A stretch of DNA of 64,000 nt from Dehalococcoidia bacterium. Its GTDB lineage: Bacteria > Chloroflexota > Dehalococcoidia > JAUQQI01. The notes beneath the pieces were generated by a model. It had not been told where the DNA came from and did no database searches. It worked only from the letters and a program-made list of their open reading frames with translations. The translations under genes and the position numbers were made by a program. The number at the start of each line of letters is the position of its first letter. The stretch's first letter is position 1. The stretch covers positions 86 to 64,085 of the forward strand of contig JBHOQU010000127.1 in the NCBI GenBank assembly GCA_042408785.1, given 5' to 3'. Positions 9,889 to 19,219 of the stretch are shown here, piece by piece.

Positions 9889-11076
9889 ATGCTTCCCCTC
9901 GAGGGGGTCCGGGTCCTGGACCTTTCCCGCCAGCTTCCCGGGCCCTTCTGCACCTGGCTTATGGCCGACCTGGGGGCCGACGTGGTCTGCATCGAGGACC
10001 CGGCGGCCATCGCCCGGGCCCGGGGCTCGGAGAGCCGGTCCGTCCTGGCCGAGGCGAGCTACGACCCCCGGCGCCAGGTGCTCAACCGCAACAAGCGGAG
10101 CCTGATTTTAAACTTAAAGGTTCCGGCCGGGCGGGAGGTCTTCTACCGGCTGGCCGAAAGGGCCGACGTGGTGGTTGAGGGCTTCCGGCCGGGGGTGACC
10201 CGACGGCTGGGCATCGACTACGAGACCCTGGCGGCGAAAAACCCCCGGCTGGTTTATTGCTCCCTTTCGGGCTGGGGTCAGACCGGCCCTTACCGGGAGG
10301 TGGCCGGCCACGATATTAACTATCTGGCGGTGGCCGGGGTTCTGGACCTTACCGGTCCGGCCGGAGGCCCCCCGGTGATTCCCGGCGTCCAGGTGGCCGA
10401 CATCGGGGGCGGGGCCCTGATGGCGGCCTTCGGCATCATGGTGGCCCTCTTCCACCGGGAGCGGACCGGCCGGGGCCAGTATCTCGACGTCTCTATGCTG
10501 GACGGGCTGGTGGCCTGGCTGGGCCACATCGTCGGCCGGTTTCTGAGCGGCGAGGTCTGGGGTCGGGGCCGGGGCCTGCTGAACGGCGGGGTCCCCTGTT
10601 ACAACGTCTACCCGACGGCCGACGGCAAGTACCTGGCCGTGGGGGCCCTGGAGCCCTGGTTCTGGGCCAACCTCTGCCGCCGGATCGGCCGGGAAGACTT
10701 GATCCCGAAGCAGTTCGCCACCGGCCCCGAGGGGGAGGCGGTTCGGTCCGAGCTGGCGGCCATCTTCAAGACCAGGAGCCGGGACGAATGGGTGGCCGAG
10801 CTGATGGGGGCCGACACCTGCGTCGCCCCGGTCAAGGAGCTTGCCGAGGCCCTAGCCGACCCGCAGGTGCAGGCCCGGCAGCTCCTTTTAGAGGTCGAGG
10901 ACCCCCGCTACGGCCGGGTGCGGCAGGTGGGGTTTCCCATCAAGTTTTCGGCGACCCCGGCCCGGGTCCGGCACCTGGGCGGGCCCCTGGGGACGGACAC
11001 CGAGGCGATTCTGAGGGAGCTGGGCTATTCGGCGGCCGAAATCGAGGGCCTGCGGCAGGCCGGGGCGATTCAGTAG
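9889..11076 (+). CDS. CaiB/BaiF family III CoA-transferase (AMACR-like)
   Basis: RVLDLSRQLPGP, NRNKRS, EGFRPGV, GHDINY, catalytic region VADIGGG. Confidence 0.92.
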   Translation: MLPLEGVRVLDLSRQLPGPFCTWLMADLGADVVCIEDPAAIARARGSESRSVLAEASYDPRRQVLNRNKRSLILNLKVPAGREVFYRLAERADVVVEGFRPGVTRRLGIDYETLAAKNPRLVYCSLSGWGQTGPYREVAGHDINYLAVAGVLDLTGPAGGPPVIPGVQVADIGGGALMAAFGIMVALFHRERTGRGQYLDVSMLDGLVAWLGHIVGRFLSGEVWGRGRGLLNGGVPCYNVYPTADGKYLAVGALEPWFWANLCRRIGREDLIPKQFATGPEGEAVRSELAAIFKTRSRDEWVAELMGADTCVAPVKELAEALADPQVQARQLLLEVEDPRYGRVRQVGFPIKFSATPARVRHLGGPLGTDTEAILRELGYSAAEIEGLRQAGAIQ

Positions 11077-12467
11077 GCCCCCCGGCCGGTAAGGACGGCC
11101 GGGATGGTCTGGAGCAGGATCTTAATATCCAGCCAGATGGACCAGTTCTCGATGTAGTAAAGGTCCAAAAGGACCATCTCGTCGAAGGGCAGGTCGCTGC
11201 GGCCCTTCACCTGCCAGAGGCCGGTAAGGCCGGGGGAAACCTCCAGCCGCCGCCGGTGCCAGGGCTCGTAAAGCTCCCACTCCTCGGGCACCGGCGGCCG
11301 CGGTCCCACTAGGCTCATCTCCCCCCGCAGCACGTTGATGAGCTGGGGAATCTCGTCCAGGCTGAGCCGGCGCAGGATGCGACCCACCCGGGTTCGGCGG
11401 GGGTCGTTACGGATTTTAAAAAGGGGCCCGGTGGCCTCATTAAGGTCTTTAAGCTTTTCTTTCTCCTGCTCGGCCCCTACGTACATCGACCGAAACTTGT
11501 AAAGGACAAAGGGCCGCCCATTTTTCCCTACCCGAACCTGCCGGATGAGGGCGGGGCCGGGCGAATCGAGGCGGATAAGCAAGGCGATGATAAGCCAGAG
11601 GGGCAAAAGGCCCAGCAACACCAGGCCGGCCACGGCGATATCGATGGCCCGCTTAACCAGCAGGCTAGCGGGACTCAAATTCTGGGGGCTCAGGCTCACC
11701 AGGGGTATCCCGTCCAGGTCGTCGACGTTGACCCGGCGCAGGCTTATCTCGTAAAGGTCCGGCACGACCCGGAAGTCGAGGCCGGCCCGGCGGCACCCCC
11801 GAACCAGCTCCATCAGCCGCTCGTGGGAGACGTTCGGCTGGGCGATGATGAACTCGTCGACCTTAAGCTCCCGGGCGACCTTCTCGGCGGCGCTGAGGGG
11901 TCCGAGCCAGCGGAAGCGGCCGATGTCGTCGGTGACGTGGTCGTCCAGAAAGCCCAGGAGGCGGTAGTCCCGCCCACCCCCGGTGGTCAGGGTGTGCATC
12001 ACCAGCTGGGCCAGGGGACCCGCCCCGATCACCACCGTCTGCCGGACGCCGATGCCCCGCCGCCGCAAAAAGGCCAGGACCCCCAGCCCGCCCAGCCGGA
12101 AGGCGAGGGTAAAGGCGACCCCGGCGGCCCAGGCAAAGATGAACAGGAGCCGCGAATAAGGGTATCCGTAGTAAAGAAAGGCGGCCGCCAGCAGCAGCAT
12201 CGATCCCACGCTGGTGGACGCCACCAGCCTGCCAGCCTCATCCAGAAACGAGTCCCGAAACGGCCGGCCGTACACCCCGGCGATGCCGTGGCTGGCGGTA
12301 AGCAGGGCCGCGAAGGCCACCTGCAGGGGCACCAGGTCGGCGTAGGGGACAAAGCTGGCCTCCGGCACCTCCCGGCCCAGCTCCAGGATGTACCGACCGT
12401 AGTAGGCCAGGGCAAAGGCCCCGTTCAGCAAGACGAAATCGGCCAGGGCGACCGCAACCCTAAACAT
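11070..12467 (-). CDS. Priming polyprenyl-phosphate glycosylphosphotransferase (WcaJ/WbaP-like)
   Basis: N-terminal TMs, KFRSM, SLDEIPQLINVLRGEMSLVGPRP, PGLTGLWQV, DLYYIENWS. Confidence 0.95.
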   Translation of the reverse strand: MFRVAVALADFVLLNGAFALAYYGRYILELGREVPEASFVPYADLVPLQVAFAALLTASHGIAGVYGRPFRDSFLDEAGRLVASTSVGSMLLLAAAFLYYGYPYSRLLFIFAWAAGVAFTLAFRLGGLGVLAFLRRRGIGVRQTVVIGAGPLAQLVMHTLTTGGGRDYRLLGFLDDHVTDDIGRFRWLGPLSAAEKVARELKVDEFIIAQPNVSHERLMELVRGCRRAGLDFRVVPDLYEISLRRVNVDDLDGIPLVSLSPQNLSPASLLVKRAIDIAVAGLVLLGLLPLWLIIALLIRLDSPGPALIRQVRVGKNGRPFVLYKFRSMYVGAEQEKEKLKDLNEATGPLFKIRNDPRRTRVGRILRRLSLDEIPQLINVLRGEMSLVGPRPPVPEEWELYEPWHRRRLEVSPGLTGLWQVKGRSDLPFDEMVLLDLYYIENWSIWLDIKILLQTIPAVLTGRGAY

Positions 12468-12484
12468 CGTGCCCCTCAGGGGGT

Positions 12485-13528
12485 TCAGGCGGGCAGAACG
12501 CCGCCCTCTTCCCCAAGCTCTTTAAGGGCTCCGACCAGCTCCTCGACGCCCACCGGAACCGCCCCCACCTTCCCCACCACCAGGCCGGCCGCCACCGCCG
12601 CCACCCAGGCCGACTGGACCAGGCTTGCCCCGGCTGCCAGGCTCAGGGTCAGGGCGGCGATGGTGGTATCCCCGGCCCCGGTCACATCCCGGACCTCCCG
12701 CCGGCCCACGGCCGGGACGACCTCCGGGGCCGCCCCGGGCCGGAAGAGCATCATCCCCTTCTCGCCCATGGTCACCACCAGGCTGGCGCATTTGAGCCGC
12801 TCCAGAAGGCCCTGCCCGGCCGCGGCCACATCCTCGTACCCTGAGAGGCGCCGGCCCAGGACCGCCTCCGCCTCCCGCAGGTTCGGCTTCACCAGCTCGA
12901 CCCCCTGGTATTCAAAAAACTGCTCCAGCTTCGGGTCCGCCGTCCGAAGCAGACCCCGCCGGCCCGCCCGGGCCTTCACCTCGGCGATCACCCTGGGAGT
13001 GAGCGCGCCCTTGTTGTAGTCTTCAAAGAGCACCGCATCGGCCCCGGCCAGGAGGCTTTCCAGCCGGTCTAGGAGCTCGTCCTCCACGGCCGGGGGAATG
13101 GGGGCGGTAAACTCCCGGTCGGCGCGGACCACCTGCTGGTTGTGGGCGATGATGCGGGTCTTAAGGGTGGTGGGGCGGTCGGGGTCGGTGACGAGGCCGG
13201 CGTCGTCGATCCCCAGGCTTGCCAGGGCCTCCCGGAGAAGCCGGGCAGCGTGGTCGGACCCCACAACCCCCACCAGAAGGGGCTCGGCCCCCAGGGCCTT
13301 GATGTTGGCGGCCACGTTGGCCGCCCCCCCAGGTCGGACCGTCTGGTCCTTTATCTCAACCACCGGGACCGGCGCCTCCGGTGAGATGCGGGTCACGGTG
13401 CCCCAGAGGTACTCGTCCAGCATCACGTCGCCCACCACGACGATGCGCTTGGCCTGCCAGTTTCGGATGATGGCGATGAGCTCGTTTGCGCCCATAGCGA
13501 CAAATTTCTCCAACGGAAGTTTACTCAA
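12485..13528 (-). CDS. rfaE1: D-glycero-beta-D-manno-heptose-7-phosphate kinase (HldA, RfaE domain I)
   Basis: VGDVMLDEY, RISPEAPVPV, GGAANVA, PfkB-type DVTGAGDT. Confidence 0.93.
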   Translation of the reverse strand: MSKLPLEKFVAMGANELIAIIRNWQAKRIVVVGDVMLDEYLWGTVTRISPEAPVPVVEIKDQTVRPGGAANVAANIKALGAEPLLVGVVGSDHAARLLREALASLGIDDAGLVTDPDRPTTLKTRIIAHNQQVVRADREFTAPIPPAVEDELLDRLESLLAGADAVLFEDYNKGALTPRVIAEVKARAGRRGLLRTADPKLEQFFEYQGVELVKPNLREAEAVLGRRLSGYEDVAAAGQGLLERLKCASLVVTMGEKGMMLFRPGAAPEVVPAVGRREVRDVTGAGDTTIAALTLSLAAGASLVQSAWVAAVAAGLVVGKVGAVPVGVEELVGALKELGEEGGVLPA

Positions 13529-14477
13529 GGTCTTCCACCAGGGCCTGGGCCAGCAGGGGCACCATCAGCTCGTGGTGGCCGGTGAGATGGATCCCCCGAC
13601 CGCCTTGCAGGGTGGGCCGCCGCAGGACGTTCTCCGACGGCCGGTAGTGACGCAGCATGTCCAGGTTTACCGTGGTAAAGTTCTCGACCCGGTGGCCCAG
13701 GTTGCGGGCCAGGTTGAGGGCCTTGAGGAAAACCTCGGGCAGGACCACCGCCGACCCGACGTTAAGATAAACGCCCCCTTCCAGCCGGGCCACCAGGCCC
13801 GCAAACCGGAGAAAATCCTCGAAGCTGGCGGACCCCAGGGCATCGCCCCGGGCGGCCGGGTGCATGTGAATGATGTCGGCCCCGATGGTCACGTGGAGGG
13901 TGGCGGGGATGCCCCGCCGGTACGCCTGGGCCAGCAGGCTTACGTCCGCATTGGGCAGGTTTAACTCCAGGATTTTCCGGCCGACCACCTCCCCCCAGCC
14001 GGTCCCGGTAGCCATCGCCTCCACGGCGCACTCGTTGAGAAAGCGACCCGTCTCCTCGGCCATACCGAAAGTCCCGTCGGCCAGGCCCTCGGCCACGTCC
14101 TCGGAGGTCTGCCCGACCAGGGCCAGCTCGAAGTCGTGGATGGCCCCGGCCCCGTTCATGGCCAGGCCGTCCACGTAGCCGGCATCCATTAGGCCGATGA
14201 TGACGGGGCTGAGCCCGACCTTTATAACGTGGGCCCCCAGGCCCCACACCACCGGCCGGCCCGCCGCCCGGGCCGCCCGGATGGCCCGCACCACCGCCCG
14301 CAGCTCCTCGGCCGCGAGAATCCGAGGCAGGCGGCCGAAAAACTCCCGGAAGGAGCTTCCCGGCCGCGGCGGCCCGGCCAGGGCCTCCCGGGAAACCCGG
14401 CTGGGCCGGGCCTGGAGGGGAACGGTTCGGGCCCGGCGGTGGTCCAGGCGGGGGAATTTAGGCCGCTCCGTCGGCAA
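13521..14477 (-). CDS. Uncharacterised protein with predicted deoxyhypusine-synthase-like fold
   Basis: GLGAHVIKVGLSP...VDGLAMNGAGAIHD, SLLAQAYRRGIP and NVGSAV segments parallel DHS motifs; TTG start with GGAGG; overlaps both neighbours. Confidence 0.65.
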   Translation of the reverse strand: MPTERPKFPRLDHRRARTVPLQARPSRVSREALAGPPRPGSSFREFFGRLPRILAAEELRAVVRAIRAARAAGRPVVWGLGAHVIKVGLSPVIIGLMDAGYVDGLAMNGAGAIHDFELALVGQTSEDVAEGLADGTFGMAEETGRFLNECAVEAMATGTGWGEVVGRKILELNLPNADVSLLAQAYRRGIPATLHVTIGADIIHMHPAARGDALGSASFEDFLRFAGLVARLEGGVYLNVGSAVVLPEVFLKALNLARNLGHRVENFTTVNLDMLRHYRPSENVLRRPTLQGGRGIHLTGHHELMVPLLAQALVEDLE

Positions 14478-15045
14478 GCTCGGCCTCCACTAGGTCGCAC
14501 AGAATGTGGCCCAGGGTTATATGGCACTCCTGAATCCGGGCCGTATCCTCCGACGGCACCACCAGGGCTACGTCCACCAGACCGGCCAGCGGGCCCCCAT
14601 CTTTGCCGGTCAGCCCGACGGTCTTGAGGCCCAGGGCCCGGGCGGCCTCCACCGCCCGGAGGACGTTGGGACTCCGGCCGCTGGTGCTGATGGCCACCAG
14701 CACGTCCCCCGGCCGGCCAAGGGCCTCCACCTGCCGCCTGAAAACCTCTTCGAACCCGAAGTCGTTGCCGATGGCCGTAAGGGCCGAGGTGTCCACCGTC
14801 AGGGCGAGGGCGGCCAGCCCCGGCCGGTTCCGCCGGTAGCGGCCCACCAGCTCGGCCGCCAGGTGCTGGCTGTCGGCGGCGCTGCCGCCGTTGCCGCAGA
14901 ACATAACCTTGTTTCCCCGTCGGAGGGCCTCGGCCACCAGCCGGGCGGCGGCCGCCAGCCGGTCGGCGAGGTTTTCGGCCAGCCAGACCTTGAGCCGGGC
15001 CGATTCGGCCAGCTGGGCCCGGACCGATGCCACCGGGTCCGTCAC
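14458..15045 (-). CDS. gmhA: Phosphoheptose isomerase
   Basis: CGNGGSAADSQHLAAELVGR, TAIGNDFG, ISTSGRS, RIQECH. Confidence 0.96.
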   Translation of the reverse strand: MTDPVASVRAQLAESARLKVWLAENLADRLAAAARLVAEALRRGNKVMFCGNGGSAADSQHLAAELVGRYRRNRPGLAALALTVDTSALTAIGNDFGFEEVFRRQVEALGRPGDVLVAISTSGRSPNVLRAVEAARALGLKTVGLTGKDGGPLAGLVDVALVVPSEDTARIQECHITLGHILCDLVEAELADGAA

Positions 15046-16256
15046 GTCCTCCTCCCAGACCCCACCCCGGCCGGCCGGCCCAAAAGTTCGGCCGCCGCCT
15101 CAACCACCCGCCGGACGGGGATGAGGGTAAGGCAGTAGTTTTCGATGTGCCGGCAGTGGACGTGGTCGCAGGGCCGGCAGGGCAGTTCGATTTCCAAAAG
15201 CCGATATTCGGTGTCGTAAGGGTGGTACTTGGCCGGCTCCGAGGGCCCAAAGAACGTCACCACCGGAACCCCGGCCGCGGCCGCCAGGTGCATCGGGGCG
15301 CTGTCGTTCCCGATGAAAAGGTGCATCTCCCGCAGGAGGGCGGCCGTCTGACGCAGACTCAGCCGACCTACAAAGTTCGCCGCCGGCCCCCCATAGTCCT
15401 GAACGAAGCGGGCCGCCAGACTCGCCTCCTCCGGCCCGCCCACCAGGTAAACGACCATTTCTGGGTATAGCTGGCGCAGGCCCCGGGCCGCGGCCGCAAA
15501 CTTGCCCACCGGCAGGCACTTGGTGGCGAAGCCCGCCCCGAGGTGGACGGCCACCCGGGGTTTCCCGCCGGCTTCGGCCGCCAGCTTCCGGCCGAACTCC
15601 AGCTCTTCGGGCCGGAAGGGGACCTGCGGCCCCCCGCCCACGGGCCGGACCCCCAGCTGACCCACCACCGCCTGCGCGAAGTCCACCCGGTGGACGGGCC
15701 GGTCGGGGCCGAGGCTTACGTGGAGCCAGGAGCCGCCGCCCCGGGCGTCGCTGCCGACCCGAAGCTTGGGTCCCAAAAGCCACGTAAAAAGGATGTCCCG
15801 GGGGTCGCCCCGCAGCTCCACGGCGGCGTCGAAGGCCTCCCGCCGGAGGCGACGGACGGCCCGCAAAAGCCCCACGGCGGCCTCCGCCCAATCCAGCCGC
15901 TCCCCCCGCCAGGCCCGGTGCCAGGGGACCTTGACGACCCAGATGCGGTCGACGGCCGGGTGGCCCGCCAGCAGGGCCGCCCCGGCCGGGTCGGCCACCA
16001 GGTGGATTTCGGCGGCGGGGAAGCGGCGGCGGAGGGCCCGGATGGCCGGCTCCGAAAGGAGCAGGTCTCCGATCGAGTCCAGCCGAACGACGGCAACCTT
16101 GAGGCCCCGGCCGTCCCCGGTGGCGAGGCGGGTGAAAACCTCCTTCCAGGCCCGGTCCCGGCCGGTCCAGCGGTCGTGGAGGCCGATGAGCCGGGCGATG
16201 GGGGACTCAAGGCGGCCGATGACCCGGCTTTTGACCTTTCGGTCGAGGCCCATCAT
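15042..16256 (-). CDS. GT9 family (ADP-heptose-type) glycosyltransferase
   Basis: RLDSIGDLLL...ALRRRFPAAEI and GNDSAPMHLAAA...FGPS motifs; Cys-rich C-terminus. Confidence 0.9.
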   Translation of the reverse strand: MMGLDRKVKSRVIGRLESPIARLIGLHDRWTGRDRAWKEVFTRLATGDGRGLKVAVVRLDSIGDLLLSEPAIRALRRRFPAAEIHLVADPAGAALLAGHPAVDRIWVVKVPWHRAWRGERLDWAEAAVGLLRAVRRLRREAFDAAVELRGDPRDILFTWLLGPKLRVGSDARGGGSWLHVSLGPDRPVHRVDFAQAVVGQLGVRPVGGGPQVPFRPEELEFGRKLAAEAGGKPRVAVHLGAGFATKCLPVGKFAAAARGLRQLYPEMVVYLVGGPEEASLAARFVQDYGGPAANFVGRLSLRQTAALLREMHLFIGNDSAPMHLAAAAGVPVVTFFGPSEPAKYHPYDTEYRLLEIELPCRPCDHVHCRHIENYCLTLIPVRRVVEAAAELLGRPAGVGSGRRT

Positions 16257-16262
16257 CCTCCG

Positions 16263-16271
16263 ATTATAACA
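16263..16271 (-). promoter_or_regulatory. Extended -10 promoter 6 nt upstream of the GT9 start
   Basis: TGT-TATAAT-CGGAGG-ATG on the minus strand. Confidence 0.5.
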
Positions 16272-17397
16272 CCGCGCGTCTGGCCCCCCGGCCCAGGATA
16301 AGCCGCCGGTAAAACTCCCGGGTCTGCTCGGCCACGGCCCGGTGGGAGAAACGGGCCACGGCCTGCCGGCGGCCCAGCTCCCCGAGGATGCGCCGCAGGG
16401 TCGGGTCCAACATCAGCCGGCGGATCGCCCCCCGCAGCCCCAGCACATCCCCCTCCGGCACCACGAGGCCCCCATCCCCCATGGTCCGGGGAATCTCCCC
16501 CGAGTCGCTGCCCACCACCGGAACCCCGCAGGCCTGGGCCTCGACGACCACCCGCCCGAACTGCTCCTTCCACCGCCGGCCCGTTAGGGAAGGCACCACC
16601 AGGACGTCGATGGACCGGTAAAATTCGGGCATCTCCGCCGAGGCGAAGGGACCCAGGAGCCGCCAACGGTCCCCCAGCCTTCGCAACCGGGCCTCCACCT
16701 GCCGGCGGACGGCCGGGTCGGACCCGAATCCCCCAACGATCAGGAGCTCCCAGTCGCCTTCAAGGCCGGCCACCGCATCCAGCAGCCAGTGGGCCCCCTT
16801 CTCGGGCACCAGCCGACCGACGAAGCCGACCCGAAAGGGCCCGGACCGGGGTCGGGTCTCGGGCCGGAAGAGCTCCGGGTCCACCCCGAACTGGGGTATG
16901 ATCGCCACCGGGCCGGTAAATCCCCGCCGCCGCAGGAGTTGTTCGGCCTCCCGGTTGCCGGCGATGGCCCCGGCGGCCCCGGCGAAAACGGCCCGCTGAA
17001 ACCAGGAGAAGGGAGGCGGGATAGGGTTGAGCATGTTCTGCCAGGTGAAGAAAAGACAAACCGCCCCCACCCGCCGGGCCAGCCGCAGGCCGTGAAACGT
17101 CACCAGGTCGTAGGGCTCCTCGTCCAGGTGGACCAGGTCCGGCTTGAATTCGGCCAGCACCCGGCCCAGGCCCGGGTAATAATGTAGGTGGACCCGGCCG
17201 TTAAAGCGGGGGGGCAGGATGTACACCCGGTAGCCCTCGTCGTTTCCGGACTCGAAGGGGGCCACCTCCTTGCCGAACCGCCAGAACGGGGGGGCTACCA
17301 GGCCGAGCTCGATATCCCCGCCGGCCACCAGGGCCCGCAGCTTCTTGCGGTATTCGGCCACGTAGCACGCCTTGGAAACCATCAGGACCCGGATCAT
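16264..17397 (-). CDS. GT4 glycosyltransferase
   Basis: FVGRLVPEKG, WKEQFGRVVVEAQACGVPVV; start at ATG 17397 (ATGA overlap with upstream gene). Confidence 0.9.
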   Translation of the reverse strand: MIRVLMVSKACYVAEYRKKLRALVAGGDIELGLVAPPFWRFGKEVAPFESGNDEGYRVYILPPRFNGRVHLHYYPGLGRVLAEFKPDLVHLDEEPYDLVTFHGLRLARRVGAVCLFFTWQNMLNPIPPPFSWFQRAVFAGAAGAIAGNREAEQLLRRRGFTGPVAIIPQFGVDPELFRPETRPRSGPFRVGFVGRLVPEKGAHWLLDAVAGLEGDWELLIVGGFGSDPAVRRQVEARLRRLGDRWRLLGPFASAEMPEFYRSIDVLVVPSLTGRRWKEQFGRVVVEAQACGVPVVGSDSGEIPRTMGDGGLVVPEGDVLGLRGAIRRLMLDPTLRRILGELGRRQAVARFSHRAVAEQTREFYRRLILGRGARRAVL

Positions 17398-18167
17398 GGG
17401 CCTTTCGGACGCTCGGCCGAGACGTGCATCACCACCGCCGCCAGGGGAACCCGGCCCAGCAGGGTCGACTCCAGGTGGGCCACAACCCACAGCGCCCGGA
17501 TGAACAGCCGGAAGAGGATGTTGCCCCGGAGCCACTCGGCCCACCGTTCCCGCTCAACATAATATAAAAGGTCTTTCAGCTGGCCCACCGGGTGCATGCT
17601 GTAGCGGACGTGCCGAATCCGGAAGCCGGCCCCGGCCAGGAGCCTTAAGATGTCGGTGTGGGTGAAGCGCTGGATGTGCCCCCCGTGGCGCTCCTTCAGG
17701 TCGGCCCCAACCCCCAGCTTCGCGGCCAGCCAGTAGAGGGTGAGGGGCTGGCCCTCGCAGGGCACTAGCAGGTGGAACCGGCCCCCCGGCCGCAGAACCC
17801 GATAGGCCTCGGCCAGGGCCTCCTCCGGCCGGGGCAGGTGCTCCAAAACGTCCACCATCAGCACGAAGTCGAAGCCGGCATCCCGGTAGGGGAGCCGGTG
17901 GGCGTCGGCCAGGACGTACTCGGCCGCCTCCGGGAAGGTTCGTCCGGCCTTAAGGCTGACGACGGAGAGGTCGCAGCCGAAGAGCTCCCAGCCCGGCCGG
18001 CGGCGGCCGATGGTTCGCAGAAAACGGCCGGCCCCACAGCCCACCTCCAGCATCCGGCCGGGTTGGGGGGGAACCCAGGCCAGGGCCCGCCGCAACGCGA
18101 TGTTCAGGGGGTGGACGTAACCGCCGCCCCAGACCTGGTCAAGCCGAGTGCGCGTAAATATACCCAA
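17394..18167 (-). CDS. Class I SAM-dependent methyltransferase
   Basis: LEVGCGAG, DAHRLPY, FDFV..DVLEHL, RVLRPGG. Confidence 0.88.
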   Translation of the reverse strand: MGIFTRTRLDQVWGGGYVHPLNIALRRALAWVPPQPGRMLEVGCGAGRFLRTIGRRRPGWELFGCDLSVVSLKAGRTFPEAAEYVLADAHRLPYRDAGFDFVLMVDVLEHLPRPEEALAEAYRVLRPGGRFHLLVPCEGQPLTLYWLAAKLGVGADLKERHGGHIQRFTHTDILRLLAGAGFRIRHVRYSMHPVGQLKDLLYYVERERWAEWLRGNILFRLFIRALWVVAHLESTLLGRVPLAAVVMHVSAERPKGP

Positions 18168-19219
18168 CAGGTCGCCTCCGCCGTCCGCCGCCAGGTGAAC
18201 TGCCGGGCCCGCTCCAGGCCCCGGGCCCGAAGCTCGGCCCGAAGGTCGGCGTCCCTTAGAAGTTTTAATATGCCCCCCAGGAGGCTTTCATCGTCCTCGG
18301 GGTCGATCAGCAGCGCCGCCTCCCCGACCACCTCCGGCAGGGAGGTCCGGTTAGAGCAGACCACCGGCGTCCCGCAGGCCATCGCCTCCAGGGGTGGCAG
18401 GCCGAAGCCTTCGTAGACGGAGGGATAAACGAAAAGTTCGGCCCCGGCATACAGGGCCGGCCGGTCCGCCTCGGGAATCGGCCCCAGGAACCTGACCCGG
18501 CCCTCAACCCCGGCCTCCCGGACCGCCTCCGGGATATCCGGGAAGATGGGACCTGGCCGGGGAAGCCTTCCGCCCACGGCCAGAACCCACGGTTCCGGTA
18601 CCTCCCGAAAGAGCCTGACCAGCCGGTCCACCTGTTTGCGCCGGTCGAAGCCGCCCAGGTAAAAGATATACGGCCGGTCGAGGCCGTAGCGGCGGCGCAC
18701 CGCCCCGACCCTTTCGGGCGTAAGGTCGGCCCCGAAGTCCGGGTCGACCCCCAAGGGGACCACGTCGACCCGGTCGGCCGGGACGGCCGTAAACCTGAGG
18801 ATGTCGTTCCGGGTCCACCCCGAATCGGCAATGACCCGGTCGGCCCTGGCCAGCGCCCGGCGGGCGGCCCAGATGTAGAGCCTGAAGGCCAGGGAGCCCC
18901 GGTAGTCGGGGAGGGCCAGCATCAGCAGGTCGTGGACCGTCACCACCAGGGGCCGAAGCTTAAACCACGGCGGCCCTAAGTAGGGGACGTGGACCAGGTC
19001 GACCGCGGCCTTCCGGGCAAGCCGCCAGAGGTGGACCTGCTCAAACCAGACCTTTCCCAGGTTGCCCTTAAGCCGGGGCCGTTCCGGGGGCCCGAGGCGA
19101 ACCGGGGTAAAATTGAACTCAGTCCCCAGCTCGCCCAGGGCCTCAAAGAGCCGGCGGCTGTACTCGCCGCTGCCCGTTTCGGGGAACTGCCAGAAATACC
19201 CGCTGAAACCGACCCGCAT
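18104..19219 (-). CDS. GT4 glycosyltransferase (MtfB-like)
   Basis: VVTVHD, YPSVYEGFGLPPLEAMACG, TSLPEV, FTW. Confidence 0.92.
   Translation of the reverse strand: MRVGFSGYFWQFPETGSGEYSRRLFEALGELGTEFNFTPVRLGPPERPRLKGNLGKVWFEQVHLWRLARKAAVDLVHVPYLGPPWFKLRPLVVTVHDLLMLALPDYRGSLAFRLYIWAARRALARADRVIADSGWTRNDILRFTAVPADRVDVVPLGVDPDFGADLTPERVGAVRRRYGLDRPYIFYLGGFDRRKQVDRLVRLFREVPEPWVLAVGGRLPRPGPIFPDIPEAVREAGVEGRVRFLGPIPEADRPALYAGAELFVYPSVYEGFGLPPLEAMACGTPVVCSNRTSLPEVVGEAALLIDPEDDESLLGGILKLLRDADLRAELRARGLERARQFTWRRTAEATCWVYLRALGLTRSGAAVTSTP

Noticed and set aside
18104-18167. Frameshifted GT4-methyltransferase fusion
   Set aside because: The GT4 is complete and the methyltransferase has its own TTG with a GGAGG SD
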